Part shown: positions 1 to 9,067 of the stretch, piece by piece | How positions within the stretch are numbered: the first letter of the stretch is position 1 | Layout of the letters: the number at the start of each line of letters is the position of its first letter | Assembly: GCA_965204725.1 (NCBI GenBank) | Contig: OZ242005.1 | Location: 4,768,001 to 4,832,000, forward strand | DNA from: Candidatus Latescibacterota bacterium | Lineage (GTDB): Bacteria > Latescibacterota > UBA2968 > UBA8231 | DNA length: 64,000 nt | Direction: 5' to 3' | Notes under the pieces: generated by a model | The model's database searches: none | What the model saw: only the letters and a program-made list of their open reading frames with translations | What the model was told of the DNA's origin: nothing | Translations under genes and position numbers: made by a program

Positions 1-1023
1 GGCGATTTTGCTTTCCGGGATTTTCTCAATGCCGATCAGGTGTTCTTTCAGGGCCGTAGCCGTTACTTCTTGGTTTTTCGGCTGCGCTTGGAACAAGACG
101 ATGGGACGGATGTAGGCGGCATCGTCCTTGGCGGTCTCGGCAAGCGAAGCACAAGCGGCGATGGCTCCGTTCACCGCGTTCTGCCAAGTGTCGTGCTCGG
201 CGAGCATGATGGGCAGTTTGATCATTTCTTCGCGCTTGAGTTCTTGGGCGGTGACGCTGTACAAAATGTTCGACTTGCGCTGCGGCGTCGCCGTGAACTC
301 GACGATGGCACAGGGGTTGACCCGCGTCTGCATTTCCCGCGTCAGGCCGGTGACGGCGTTGTGGGCTTCATCGACGATCATCAGGGGCCGATGCCGATGT
401 AGCAGGTTGGCGAAAGAGAATTTGACGTCGCCGTTGTCCATTTTCTCTAGGCCCGATGCGGCTTGCTGCACTGCGGAGAAGTGCGGTTCCAGCTCTTCGT
501 TGTGGGCATACACTTTGCGCCCTTCGGTGCTTTTCACCCGCAGCGTTTGGATGGTGCCGACCACAATGCAGCAGTGGTCGCGCAAGTCGTGCGGCCGGAT
601 GTGGGTGAAGTCGGCAATGTCGAATACGCGCACCCGGCCGGCGAATGCGTCGTCTAGCACTTGACGATACGCATGGCGGGTGTTTTTCAGGGCTTCGACT
701 GTCTGCCGACGGATGGTATTCGTCGGGACCAGCCACAGCACCAGTGGATGGTCCTTTTCGACCCAAGCATTGCGGGCGATAGAGACGGCGTGAGCGGCGA
801 GGATTGTTTTGCCGCCGCCAGTGGGCAGGCGCAGGCACACGTAGGGCACGTCCGGCAATTCTTCTAGCGGAGCGTAAGGTCCGGCATAGCCTTTAAGCCG
901 TGCGGCCTGCTCTGGCTCTTGGGTTATGGCTTCGTAGGCGTTCTTCGCACCGGCGACGCGGGCTTCCTCCAAGAAGCGGCGCAGGACAGCGAGGGTGTCG
1001 GCTTGATATTGTTTTAGCTGCAT
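1..1023 (-). CDS. res: Type III restriction enzyme Res subunit (SF2 helicase), runs off the window's left edge
   Basis: Not in the ORF track (no stop in window). Manual translation from ATG 1023: MQLKQYQADTL...RLPTGGGKT (Walker A)...MIVDEAH (motif II)...EFTATP (motif III). Starts 3 nt after the mod stop. Confidence 0.9.
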   Translation of the reverse strand, partial: MQLKQYQADTLAVLRRFLEEARVAGAKNAYEAITQEPEQAARLKGYAGPYAPLEELPDVPYVCLRLPTGGGKTILAAHAVSIARNAWVEKDHPLVLWLVPTNTIRRQTVEALKNTRHAYRQVLDDAFAGRVRVFDIADFTHIRPHDLRDHCCIVVGTIQTLRVKSTEGRKVYAHNEELEPHFSAVQQAASGLEKMDNGDVKFSFANLLHRHRPLMIVDEAHNAVTGLTREMQTRVNPCAIVEFTATPQRKSNILYSVTAQELKREEMIKLPIMLAEHDTWQNAVNGAIAACASLAETAKDDAAYIRPIVLFQAQPKNQEVTATALKEHLIGIEKIPESKIA

Positions 1024-1026
1024 GGA

Positions 1027-2565
1027 TCAGGTCCGCGCTTTCACATCATAAGGCGTCTGTTTGAAGACGATGCCCTCCCGGTCGAGCGTCGCTGGCGTCA
1101 AGCGCGACTGCTCGCCATAGACCGTGAGCGGTCCGTCAAAAACAGGAGCCTCTCGCGTAATTTCCGCCCGAATCGCAGCGAGGGTCGCCCGGGTCAAGAC
1201 ATTGCCGCCGCCCGGTCGCCTGTCACTCAGAATGCCGTTGTAGAGCAGGGCGTAGGCGCGGCCATCGTGCAGACCGAGAAGCGGCGAGCTCCCGTCGCCA
1301 TTCCACGGCCGGCCGGTCTCGCTGAACCAGATATGTGCGGCCAGCACGGGAAAGCGGATGTCGGAGCGAATATGTCCTTCCTCGTCGAACACTGGCGGGC
1401 CGAGGCGATAGAAGCGGAAGCCGCCGCCGCCTTGCCAGCCGACGCTTTTGGAGATGCCGCCTTGTTCGCCGTCAATCACTTTGTTCAGGCGCGGGACGCA
1501 GTGAGTAATGGCGTGCTCGCCCATTTCTATGCCGATGTAGCGACGGCCCATTTTGTGCGCGACCGCCGCGGTGGTGCCGGAGCCGAGGAAGGAGTCGAGG
1601 ACGAGGTCGCCGGGGTTGGTGGCGAGGTGGAGGATGCGTTGGATGAGGCGTTCGGGTTTGGGTGTGCCGAAAACCTCCGCCTCGTTAAAGACGCGGGCTT
1701 CCCGTTTGGCCTCCTGATTGTCGCCTACCTCTTTGCGATACCACAAGGTCTTGGAAACTGTGCCTTGTTTCACTTCGGAGAGAAACCGCTTTATGGAAGG
1801 CACGTTGTTGCCGTGTTTGCCAAACCATACTCGGTTATCCGCTACCAATTCTTGAAAGCGTTCCTTTGAAACGACCCAACAACGACCCGCAGGTGGGTTG
1901 ACGACCCGTCCCGATGGCGTGGTGATGGGATAGTCATAAACGGCGGAATATGTCTTGACATCTAAGCCGCTGATTTTCCACTCGCCTCTCGGGTCGTCGT
2001 CCAAGTTCTTATAGCGGGCGTTCATTTCGGCGGTTCGCGGCAACAGATTCGGTCGCCACCTCTCCTTGCTTTTTGCAAAGCAAACAATATGATCGTGGCT
2101 ATCCGAAAGCCATTTTGCATCGTTCTGCGGCGCGTATTTTTTTTCCCAGATGACATTAGCCACGAAATTCTTCCGCCCAAATACCTCGTCCATGATGACT
2201 TTGAGATAGTGCAATTCGTTATCGTCAATAGACGCCCAAATGGAGCCGTCCTCGGCCAACAGTTCGCGCAAAAGTCCAAGACGCGGCCACATCATCGCCA
2301 GCCATTGCGTATGTTCGAGATTGTCGTCGTAGTGCTCAAATGCCGAGCGCGTGTTATACGGCGGGTCGATGTAGATGCACTTCACTTGGCCGGCGTAGAA
2401 CGGCAGCAAGGCTTTGAGGGCTTCGAGGTTGTCGCCTTGGATGAGGGCGTTGGTGGCGTCTGGGTCGCCGGTGGAAAGGTCAGGGGCTTCTTCGAGGAGA
2501 CGATAGGGGACTTGGGTGGCGGCGTGGAGGTCGGTGGGACGGGTTAGCCAGTGTAGAGTCGGCAT
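1027..2565 (-). CDS. mod: Type III R-M modification methyltransferase (N6-adenine, Mod)
   Basis: IQGDNLEALK, YIDPPYNT catalytic motif, TPKPERLI, VLDSFLGSGTT SAM-binding motif; directly upstream of res. Confidence 0.92.
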   Translation of the reverse strand: MPTLHWLTRPTDLHAATQVPYRLLEEAPDLSTGDPDATNALIQGDNLEALKALLPFYAGQVKCIYIDPPYNTRSAFEHYDDNLEHTQWLAMMWPRLGLLRELLAEDGSIWASIDDNELHYLKVIMDEVFGRKNFVANVIWEKKYAPQNDAKWLSDSHDHIVCFAKSKERWRPNLLPRTAEMNARYKNLDDDPRGEWKISGLDVKTYSAVYDYPITTPSGRVVNPPAGRCWVVSKERFQELVADNRVWFGKHGNNVPSIKRFLSEVKQGTVSKTLWYRKEVGDNQEAKREARVFNEAEVFGTPKPERLIQRILHLATNPGDLVLDSFLGSGTTAAVAHKMGRRYIGIEMGEHAITHCVPRLNKVIDGEQGGISKSVGWQGGGGFRFYRLGPPVFDEEGHIRSDIRFPVLAAHIWFSETGRPWNGDGSSPLLGLHDGRAYALLYNGILSDRRPGGGNVLTRATLAAIRAEITREAPVFDGPLTVYGEQSRLTPATLDREGIVFKQTPYDVKART

Positions 2566-2651
2566 GGGTTAGTTTAGCCTCTATCCTGACATTCTTGTTT
2601 TATGGTAGGTCCTATCATGGAAAGATCGCATTCTCTCCATTCATGTAATTT

Positions 2652-3707
2652 TTAGCTATTGCCGTCAAGAAGTCTCGTAGCTGCCGTTCTTGCTCTTGCA
2701 ATCAATGCTTGGGTTTGTTCGGTGTTGTCTATAAAGATTTTTAACTCAGCAGACATCTGACGTTTGGTACGCTGGAATTCTTTTTCGATTTTAGGAGCAT
2801 CGTCCATATCTGATACGAGGTTCTCAAAAGCGTCGAGTGACCCTTGAATATCTTCTTCTGTATTGTCACACATCTGTATAAATTCAATCAGTTCATTCTT
2901 ATCCTCTTCTGCAATCTCGGACTCGCTGTTTAGTACTGCATTCAGGTTATTACCCATGCTTTCTAGGGCTTGTCGATATCGAATGTTGCCCTGCTGTAAC
3001 CATGAAGCGACCTCATCAATTTTAGGAGCCAATGAACGGATAATCGCCCGTTGCTTCTTAGGCCCTATATCTTTCGGACTTTTGAGCTGATCAGATACAC
3101 TTTCCATATCCAGTGCTAGGGTATTAAGACGTTCTCCTAATTCACCGACCATCTTCGTCATAGTCTCCATACTCTCTTCTAGCTCGACCCTATAGTCAAG
3201 AATACCACGTTCATCCTGATCGTCAGCTTCCGTTACTAGAGATTGTGTACCAGTGTCGGTTAAAGAAGAGCCTGTGGTGCCGAAATCGATAACGGGGCTC
3301 CCAAATTGTATTTCGCCAGTCCGCACCCCTTCTATGTATTTCTGAAATTCTTGTCTGGCATTGTTCATTTTTGTAAAGTGAGTACTGTAAGAAATAACAC
3401 GATACGATTGGAGATCGAACGGAACCTCCTTAATCTCTTGGGCGAGTAGTATGACTTTCTTCTTGAAAGCGTGTGCCAGTCCCAACTCGTAATAGACATT
3501 CGGATTCGCCGTCGATAGGTCCGCGATAATAAGATCGCTACCGCTTATCGACTGGACAATATCCTCCATGATATTTCGTTGGCTAAGAATATCATCGGCT
3601 CTCTTTACCTCATAGCCCGCCTTAGACAAAGGGTCGTGTATCAGATAATCATATATATTTTCAAATTCCTCCTCGAAGGGCATTAGAACAAAGGCTTTCG
3701 ATTTCAT
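2652..3707 (-). CDS. Nucleoside 2-deoxyribosyltransferase/TIR-like N-terminal domain plus long helical C-terminal region
   Basis: AFVLMPF...RADD...DLIIADLSTANPNVYYELGLAHA motif; C-terminal half is E/K/Q-rich and helical; visibly AT-richer than neighbours. Confidence 0.7.
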   Translation of the reverse strand: MKSKAFVLMPFEEEFENIYDYLIHDPLSKAGYEVKRADDILSQRNIMEDIVQSISGSDLIIADLSTANPNVYYELGLAHAFKKKVILLAQEIKEVPFDLQSYRVISYSTHFTKMNNARQEFQKYIEGVRTGEIQFGSPVIDFGTTGSSLTDTGTQSLVTEADDQDERGILDYRVELEESMETMTKMVGELGERLNTLALDMESVSDQLKSPKDIGPKKQRAIIRSLAPKIDEVASWLQQGNIRYRQALESMGNNLNAVLNSESEIAEEDKNELIEFIQMCDNTEEDIQGSLDAFENLVSDMDDAPKIEKEFQRTKRQMSAELKIFIDNTEQTQALIARARTAATRLLDGNS

Positions 3708-3976
3708 ACAAGAAATTCCTCCTTATATGCCATCTCCTTTTTCGTTTCCGATCTCTGCCATAGAATGGCCGGCACCAGATCCTTCAAAGGATGTTCAAAG
3801 ATCTCGGACGCGGTTCGATGGTTCGCCATGATCAATTCAGGAGCCGCATCCAGCATGATTTCTTCAAATTCGTCAAGACTGGCGGCCTCAATGTGCAAGC
3901 CCTCAATGTCGCTTTGAGCATAGAACACCTGCGCCTCGTCGTCCCACACAGCCTTTACCGTAAAAGTGCGCTTCAT
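3704..3976 (-). CDS. DUF1902 family (HicB-like fold) protein
   Basis: FTVKAVWDDEAQVFYAQSDIEGLHIEAASLDEF pattern; AAGGAG SD before ATG 3976; stop overlaps the next start (ATGA). Confidence 0.75.
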   Translation of the reverse strand: MKRTFTVKAVWDDEAQVFYAQSDIEGLHIEAASLDEFEEIMLDAAPELIMANHRTASEIFEHPLKDLVPAILWQRSETKKEMAYKEEFLV

Positions 3977-4027
3977 AATGTACTCCTTTCGCCGCACCAG
4001 ACTCGTAGTTCGTAGCGAAATCCTTCA

Positions 4028-4564
4028 TCAACTATTCGTGGCATGGTTTTCTCCTAAAGAGTATGTACGGAAACTCGCGATTCTCGACCTGAATCGGTGC
4101 TTCGCCGCCCACTCGACAAGAAACTCGTCGGCTTCTTCTATGGTCAGGTAGCCAGTCTTAATCAGCGTCAACACCAAGTCCTCCGTCTTACAGAGCACCA
4201 AGTCTTCGCGGCGGCGTTGGCCCTTAGCGGACGCCTTGCGGTCCTGAAGCCCAGCGATCCAATTCCGCGTAAGCGCAACAGCCAGAACAGCGCACTCACC
4301 AGCCCCAAGCCGCCCACCTGCCCGAAGTTCTGTAAACAGGACAACCTCCACTGGATCGCGGACGCTTTGTAACTCAAGTGTGCCCGAAGCCACAGCATCT
4401 TCAACCACCGCCCTTTGTTCCAAACGCCTTACTTCATCAAAAACTTGGTCGAGTAGCACGACCGCTGTGCCAAGTTGACCGAGTAACTCAGTCCGACCGA
4501 TCTTGACAAAATTCAGCAAGATCGAAGTGTCGAGGACAATCGGCGTTGGGCCTTGCTGCGGCAT
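4028..4564 (-). CDS. PIN-domain protein (DUF3368-like)
   Basis: IVLDTSILLN N-terminal PIN motif, VFDEV, LGAGECAVLAVA, LQDRKA. Confidence 0.8.
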   Translation of the reverse strand: MPQQGPTPIVLDTSILLNFVKIGRTELLGQLGTAVVLLDQVFDEVRRLEQRAVVEDAVASGTLELQSVRDPVEVVLFTELRAGGRLGAGECAVLAVALTRNWIAGLQDRKASAKGQRRREDLVLCKTEDLVLTLIKTGYLTIEEADEFLVEWAAKHRFRSRIASFRTYSLGENHATNS

Positions 4565-4574
4565 TCAAAGGGCC

Positions 4575-5798
4575 TCATTCCGCCAAATCGAGAATCGTCT
4601 CGTCGTCAATATCCAACAGCCGCCCTACTTCCAACAGCCGTCCCTGCGAAATCTCCTCGCGCCACCACGCTTCCAAAGCCAGCGACAGAATCTGCCAAGC
4701 CAATTCGTGGTCCCAAGATGCTTCGTCTGCGGAATCCTCTATATCCGAAGACGCCTTTACAGTGCGGAGGTATCGCTTGGCGTCTTTAGACTGGTCGAGC
4801 AGTGCTTGGGCTTGGGCTTGACTGACGAGATTCAAGCCGCGCAGCCGCCAAACCGCCGCCGCATAGCTCACCTCAAAGTGCCAAGCCAAAAGCACCACAT
4901 CGGCGTAGGTTACATGCTGTGAGCGCGCCGGGCTACGCAACTGACCTTGGATTCCTTCTTCAGTGACGGCATCCACCGCTGCTTCCTCGCGGCGCGTTCC
5001 CCGCCCCTTACCCAAGTTGTGCAGAAAATCTCGGAAGCCCTCTTCGGGCATGAGGAAGGCCGCGGCAAAGGCATTGGCCCGCTGTTCGGTTCGCGTCTTG
5101 GCATTATGAGCACTCGTAACAGTGGCCGCCTCATCGCGGTCCATAAGCGCGTGGCTGTGTTCGTGGGCAAACGAAAACCGCCGCCGCACCGGGGCTTGGG
5201 TGCGGTTGGCTAAAATCGCCATGCCGAAGTCGGGGCTACTCAGAAAAAGTCCCGAGATTTCATCGGGTAATGGCAAAGAGGCCGTCCAGATATTCTGGTG
5301 GGCCAAGGTCTCAGGCACTTTGACGGGGGCTTGGCCTAAGTTGAGACGCCGACGCTCTTGCTCGGCCACAAGCTGGCCTTGGGCAATCGCCTGCCCTACC
5401 GACCTCGGGGGCGGCAGTTCGTAACGCGGTAGAGAGACAGCAGACCTGCCGCCCGTTAGGCGTCGCAACGACGCCCCCTCTCGGAGCAAGCGCAGACAAC
5501 GCCGCGCTTGGTTTTGAACGACCTCCTTTTGCAGGCCCGGCTCGGCGCGAAAAAGCGCAACGACCGGGTCTTCCTGTTCGATCGGCCTATTCGGATCAAC
5601 AAACCATTCGACTGGCCGACCATACAGGTCCGCAAGATGAGTCAGCTCAAGCGTAGAGACCTGCCGCTGGCCGGATTCCATGAGGCTAATGGCGGACCGC
5701 TGGAGGCCGAGCGCGGCACCGGCGGCCTCTTGGGTGATCTGCTGGCTTTCGCGTACCCAGCGCAGCCGTTGCCCGATCTCTTCAGGAGTAATGAGCAT
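4575..5798 (-). CDS. XRE-family HTH fused to ImmA/IrrE (M78) metallopeptidase
   Basis: IGQRLRWVRESQQITQE...SLMESGQR HTH; RRRFSFAHEHSH (HEXXH); EQRANAFAAAFLMP. Confidence 0.88.
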   Translation of the reverse strand: MLITPEEIGQRLRWVRESQQITQEAAGAALGLQRSAISLMESGQRQVSTLELTHLADLYGRPVEWFVDPNRPIEQEDPVVALFRAEPGLQKEVVQNQARRCLRLLREGASLRRLTGGRSAVSLPRYELPPPRSVGQAIAQGQLVAEQERRRLNLGQAPVKVPETLAHQNIWTASLPLPDEISGLFLSSPDFGMAILANRTQAPVRRRFSFAHEHSHALMDRDEAATVTSAHNAKTRTEQRANAFAAAFLMPEEGFRDFLHNLGKGRGTRREEAAVDAVTEEGIQGQLRSPARSQHVTYADVVLLAWHFEVSYAAAVWRLRGLNLVSQAQAQALLDQSKDAKRYLRTVKASSDIEDSADEASWDHELAWQILSLALEAWWREEISQGRLLEVGRLLDIDDETILDLAE

Positions 5799-5855
5799 GG
5801 AGTACCTCCGAATTCTAATGACGACAGTAAAGTTTAGATTATCGAACGAACTGTG

Positions 5856-6083
5856 TCAAATATCGGCATATTTCCTCCGGGTTGCTTTAAGAATGCCACC
5901 GCGTTTGCGAATAGCGTCCAATTGATCTGGATACTTATTCCGCACGGATTGCTCGCCGGAACCTGCGCTGGTTTTCGACCTTGGCACGGCGTATATCTCC
6001 CGGTTGCGTTTTTTGCAGAACCTTCGGATAAACGCTTCCTGCTGCTTGTCTTCGCAGAGGACGGTGATCTTTGAACGAGTCAT
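5856..6083 (-). pseudogene. Truncated partner (DUF4276/TOPRIM-like) of the AAA_21 ATPase
   Basis: ATG 6083 overlaps the ATPase stop; MTRSKITVLCEDKQQEAFIRRF resembles a TOPRIM-like start, but the ORF ends after 75 aa. Confidence 0.5.
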
Positions 6084-7174
6084 GGCGCGAGCCCTTGGGC
6101 ATAGAGTTCGGAGACTTTTAACATCGTGTCGTTTTTGACTTCCAAGATGCGCGTATGGCTTTCTGGTTCGCGTCCTAACCAAATCGCCTTGTCTGCGAGA
6201 AAATCAATCGCTTCTGGATGGTGAGAAATCAACACGATCTGCGGCAGCGTATCGCCACAGCCATCCTCCAACTCGGCGAGCCAAGGTTGCAACTCCGGGA
6301 GCGTTATATAGTTGTCCGGCTCATCCAAAAACAGAGTGCGTTCAGCACTATCGGCAAAGAGCAACATATAAAGTACGATCAAAGTACGCTGACCATCTGA
6401 GAGTTGGTCGAACCGATAGACATGGCTGGCCTCTCCATCCCTCGCAGAAAACACGGCCTGTAGCTCCCTGTAATCACTGCCCTTTTGTACAAGCCTTAAA
6501 TCGACGAAGCCGGGCATAACACCGCGTAGATGCTCCATCGCCTCAAAGACCCGGCGCGGATTCTCCTGTAAGTGCCCCTGATACCACGACGCAAAATTTT
6601 CTCCGCTTTCGCTGAGCCTATCGGTATCGGACTCCGAACCGCTGCTCATGCGTTTTGTCTCCAAAAAGAGCGTTACAAAACGGCGGACTTGAGTGCGGAA
6701 TGCACACAACCGCGTATTGTCGCGGCGCGCAGCCACCGGCGCTAGCCCCGACAACATCCAATCAAAAGAATATCTCGGTCCTTCGCTGTGGTCATCGCGG
6801 TATAGCTGCACCTCGCCCTCTGCAAAAACAAAGAGCGGCTTACTACCGAACAAAAGCTCTTCGCGCTGCACCCGCACAAAGCGTCTTTCCGGCTCGTGCT
6901 CAACCATGAGCCGATACAGGCATGGTCCCCCAGAGATGTCGATTTCCAATTCAAAATGTTGCAGGGTATTTTCATTCCAATGCGTGAGGTCGGTGGCGGA
7001 AAACAGTTGGCCGATCCGGGCGTCGCCGCGAACAAAGTCGCGCAGTTTTTCTACGACCTCAAACACAGCCGACTTGCCGCAGCCGTTTGCCCCGAGTAGC
7101 AGCGTCAACTCTCCCAAACGCAAGTCGAAGTTGGTGAGGCATTTGTAGTTGTCAATGTAGAGGCGCTTTAGCAT
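6080..7174 (-). CDS. AAA_21/AbiEii-type ABC-family ATPase
   Basis: MLKRLYIDNYKCL, GANGCGKS Walker A, LSDGQR signature, LFLDEPDN Walker B, LISHHP H-loop. Confidence 0.88.
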   Translation of the reverse strand: MLKRLYIDNYKCLTNFDLRLGELTLLLGANGCGKSAVFEVVEKLRDFVRGDARIGQLFSATDLTHWNENTLQHFELEIDISGGPCLYRLMVEHEPERRFVRVQREELLFGSKPLFVFAEGEVQLYRDDHSEGPRYSFDWMLSGLAPVAARRDNTRLCAFRTQVRRFVTLFLETKRMSSGSESDTDRLSESGENFASWYQGHLQENPRRVFEAMEHLRGVMPGFVDLRLVQKGSDYRELQAVFSARDGEASHVYRFDQLSDGQRTLIVLYMLLFADSAERTLFLDEPDNYITLPELQPWLAELEDGCGDTLPQIVLISHHPEAIDFLADKAIWLGREPESHTRILEVKNDTMLKVSELYAQGLAP

Positions 7175-7253
7175 GGCAGATCAAACTCCCATAAAATCCG
7201 CTAGCACTGAACGCACGGTGCAAGACGGAAGATCGCGGCGGAACAAGCGAGAC

Positions 7254-8864
7254 TCAAGGCGCGGCCCGGACGATCTGGCCGGCGCGGCTGTCGGCTATTT
7301 CGCCATGCTCAACGGCGATCCGTCCGTTGACGATTACGCAGTCGATGCCTTGCGGATAGCGGTAGGGGTCGGCAAAGTCGGCGCGCTCGCCGATGGCTTG
7401 GGGGTCGAAAACCACGAGATCGGCCCAGTAGCCTTCGCGCAAGAGACCGCGCTCGCGCAAGCGGAAGCGGGCGGCGGGGTGGCCCGTGAGCTTGTGGATG
7501 GCCTCTTCCCAGCGCAGCGCGCCCTGCTCGCGGACGAAGCGGCGCAAAAAGTAGGGGAAGGCCCCATAAGAGCGGGGATGGTGCTTGCCCTCGGCCAACG
7601 TTCCTTCGGGAACCAGCGAGAAGCCATCGGAGATGACGCCGCCGACCGGGTGCCGGGCGATGTTGAGGAAGTCCTCCTCAGACACGTCCTCGGCCAGCAT
7701 CCACGGCCGCGCCCGCTCTTCGACGAGAAGGTCGCAGACCGCGTCGTGGGGTTTTTGGCCGCGCCGCCGACCAATCTCGGCAAAGCTCAGGCCGACTAGG
7801 TCGGCGTTGCGCTCGGCACTGCCCAGCCAAATTTTGTCCCAGTGCCCATCCCGCGCCAAGTTGCGCTTGCGGCTGCCGCCGCTCTCGGCCCCGTGCTGCA
7901 TGGTGTCCTGCTCAATCGCGGCGCGAGTTGCCGGGTCTTGGAGCCGGCTCAGCAGGGCCGCGTCGCCGCCGGCCAAGGCCCAAGGGGGCAACAGCGACTT
8001 GAGGGTGGTGCTGCCGATCGTATAGGGAATGGCGTCGCAGCTAATGTCGCCGCCGGCCCGGCGCTTCTGGTCAATCGCGGCGAGCAACTCGCGGGTCGCG
8101 CCGATCATTGGCGCACCGGGCTGCATGTGCGAGACGTGGGCTGCGACCGCGGCTTGCTCCCCAACGGCAAGGACCTCGCCGACCGCTTGGGCAATCGACT
8201 CGGTCTGGTTGCGGATGTGCGAGGTGTAGATGCCGCCGTACTCAGAGACGACCTTCCCCAATTCGACCAATTCTTCCAGCGTCGAATACGGCCCCGGCGC
8301 GTAGGCCAAGCCCGACGAAAGCCCCATCGCGCCGTCTTCCATGGCGCGGGCGACCAGCGCCTTCATCTGCTCCATTTCAGCCGCAGTCGGCGGCCGGTCG
8401 TCGTAGCCCATGGCCGCGACGCGCACGTTGCCGTGGCCGACCAAGGTCGCGGCATTCGTGCCCAATCCACTGGCTTCAAGCCGCTGGAAATAAGCCCCGA
8501 AATGAGTCCAGTCGCACTGCAAGCCCCGGGTCATGGCCGGGTCGAGTGGGCCGTAGTACGGCTCGTAGTCGCGGGTGGGCGCGGCCGAGACGCCGCAGTT
8601 GCCCATGACTTGGGTCGTAATGCCCTGCGTTAGGGAGCTGAGGGCGCGGCCGTCGAGCGCGATCGTCAGGTCCGAATGCGTGTGGATGTCGATAAAGCCG
8701 GGGCAGGCAATGCGGCCCTCGGCGTCGAGGATGTGCCGGGCCGGGGCCGCCGCAGGGTCGCCGATAGCCACGATGCGGCCTTGCTCAACGGCGATGTCGC
8801 CGCGGAACGCCGGCCAGCGGCTGCCATCGAGGAGCTCGGCGTTGCGGATTAGGAGATCGTACAT
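7254..8864 (-). CDS. N-acyl-D-amino-acid deacylase (D-aminoacylase family amidohydrolase)
   Basis: MYDLLIRNA start, PGFIDIHTHSD, MGNCGVS, SHIRN, HPRSYGAFP, WADLVVFDP; start moved to ATG 8864. Confidence 0.9.
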   Translation of the reverse strand: MYDLLIRNAELLDGSRWPAFRGDIAVEQGRIVAIGDPAAAPARHILDAEGRIACPGFIDIHTHSDLTIALDGRALSSLTQGITTQVMGNCGVSAAPTRDYEPYYGPLDPAMTRGLQCDWTHFGAYFQRLEASGLGTNAATLVGHGNVRVAAMGYDDRPPTAAEMEQMKALVARAMEDGAMGLSSGLAYAPGPYSTLEELVELGKVVSEYGGIYTSHIRNQTESIAQAVGEVLAVGEQAAVAAHVSHMQPGAPMIGATRELLAAIDQKRRAGGDISCDAIPYTIGSTTLKSLLPPWALAGGDAALLSRLQDPATRAAIEQDTMQHGAESGGSRKRNLARDGHWDKIWLGSAERNADLVGLSFAEIGRRRGQKPHDAVCDLLVEERARPWMLAEDVSEEDFLNIARHPVGGVISDGFSLVPEGTLAEGKHHPRSYGAFPYFLRRFVREQGALRWEEAIHKLTGHPAARFRLRERGLLREGYWADLVVFDPQAIGERADFADPYRYPQGIDCVIVNGRIAVEHGEIADSRAGQIVRAAP

Positions 8865-9067
8865 GGTCTTTTCCGGGAGGTTAATGGAGCGCGGCATAAC
8901 CGCATTGGGATTGGCTGAGGGTAGTATAGGCGGGTTGACGGCTTCGCTCAAGCTAGTTGACCCTTTGGACGCATGTTGATACGTTTGGGCGAACACCGCA
9001 AACCAACGCGGGGTTAAACGAGGCGGTTCGATCGCGCTCAATCCACCCTAAACCGATGCGAGGTCTT

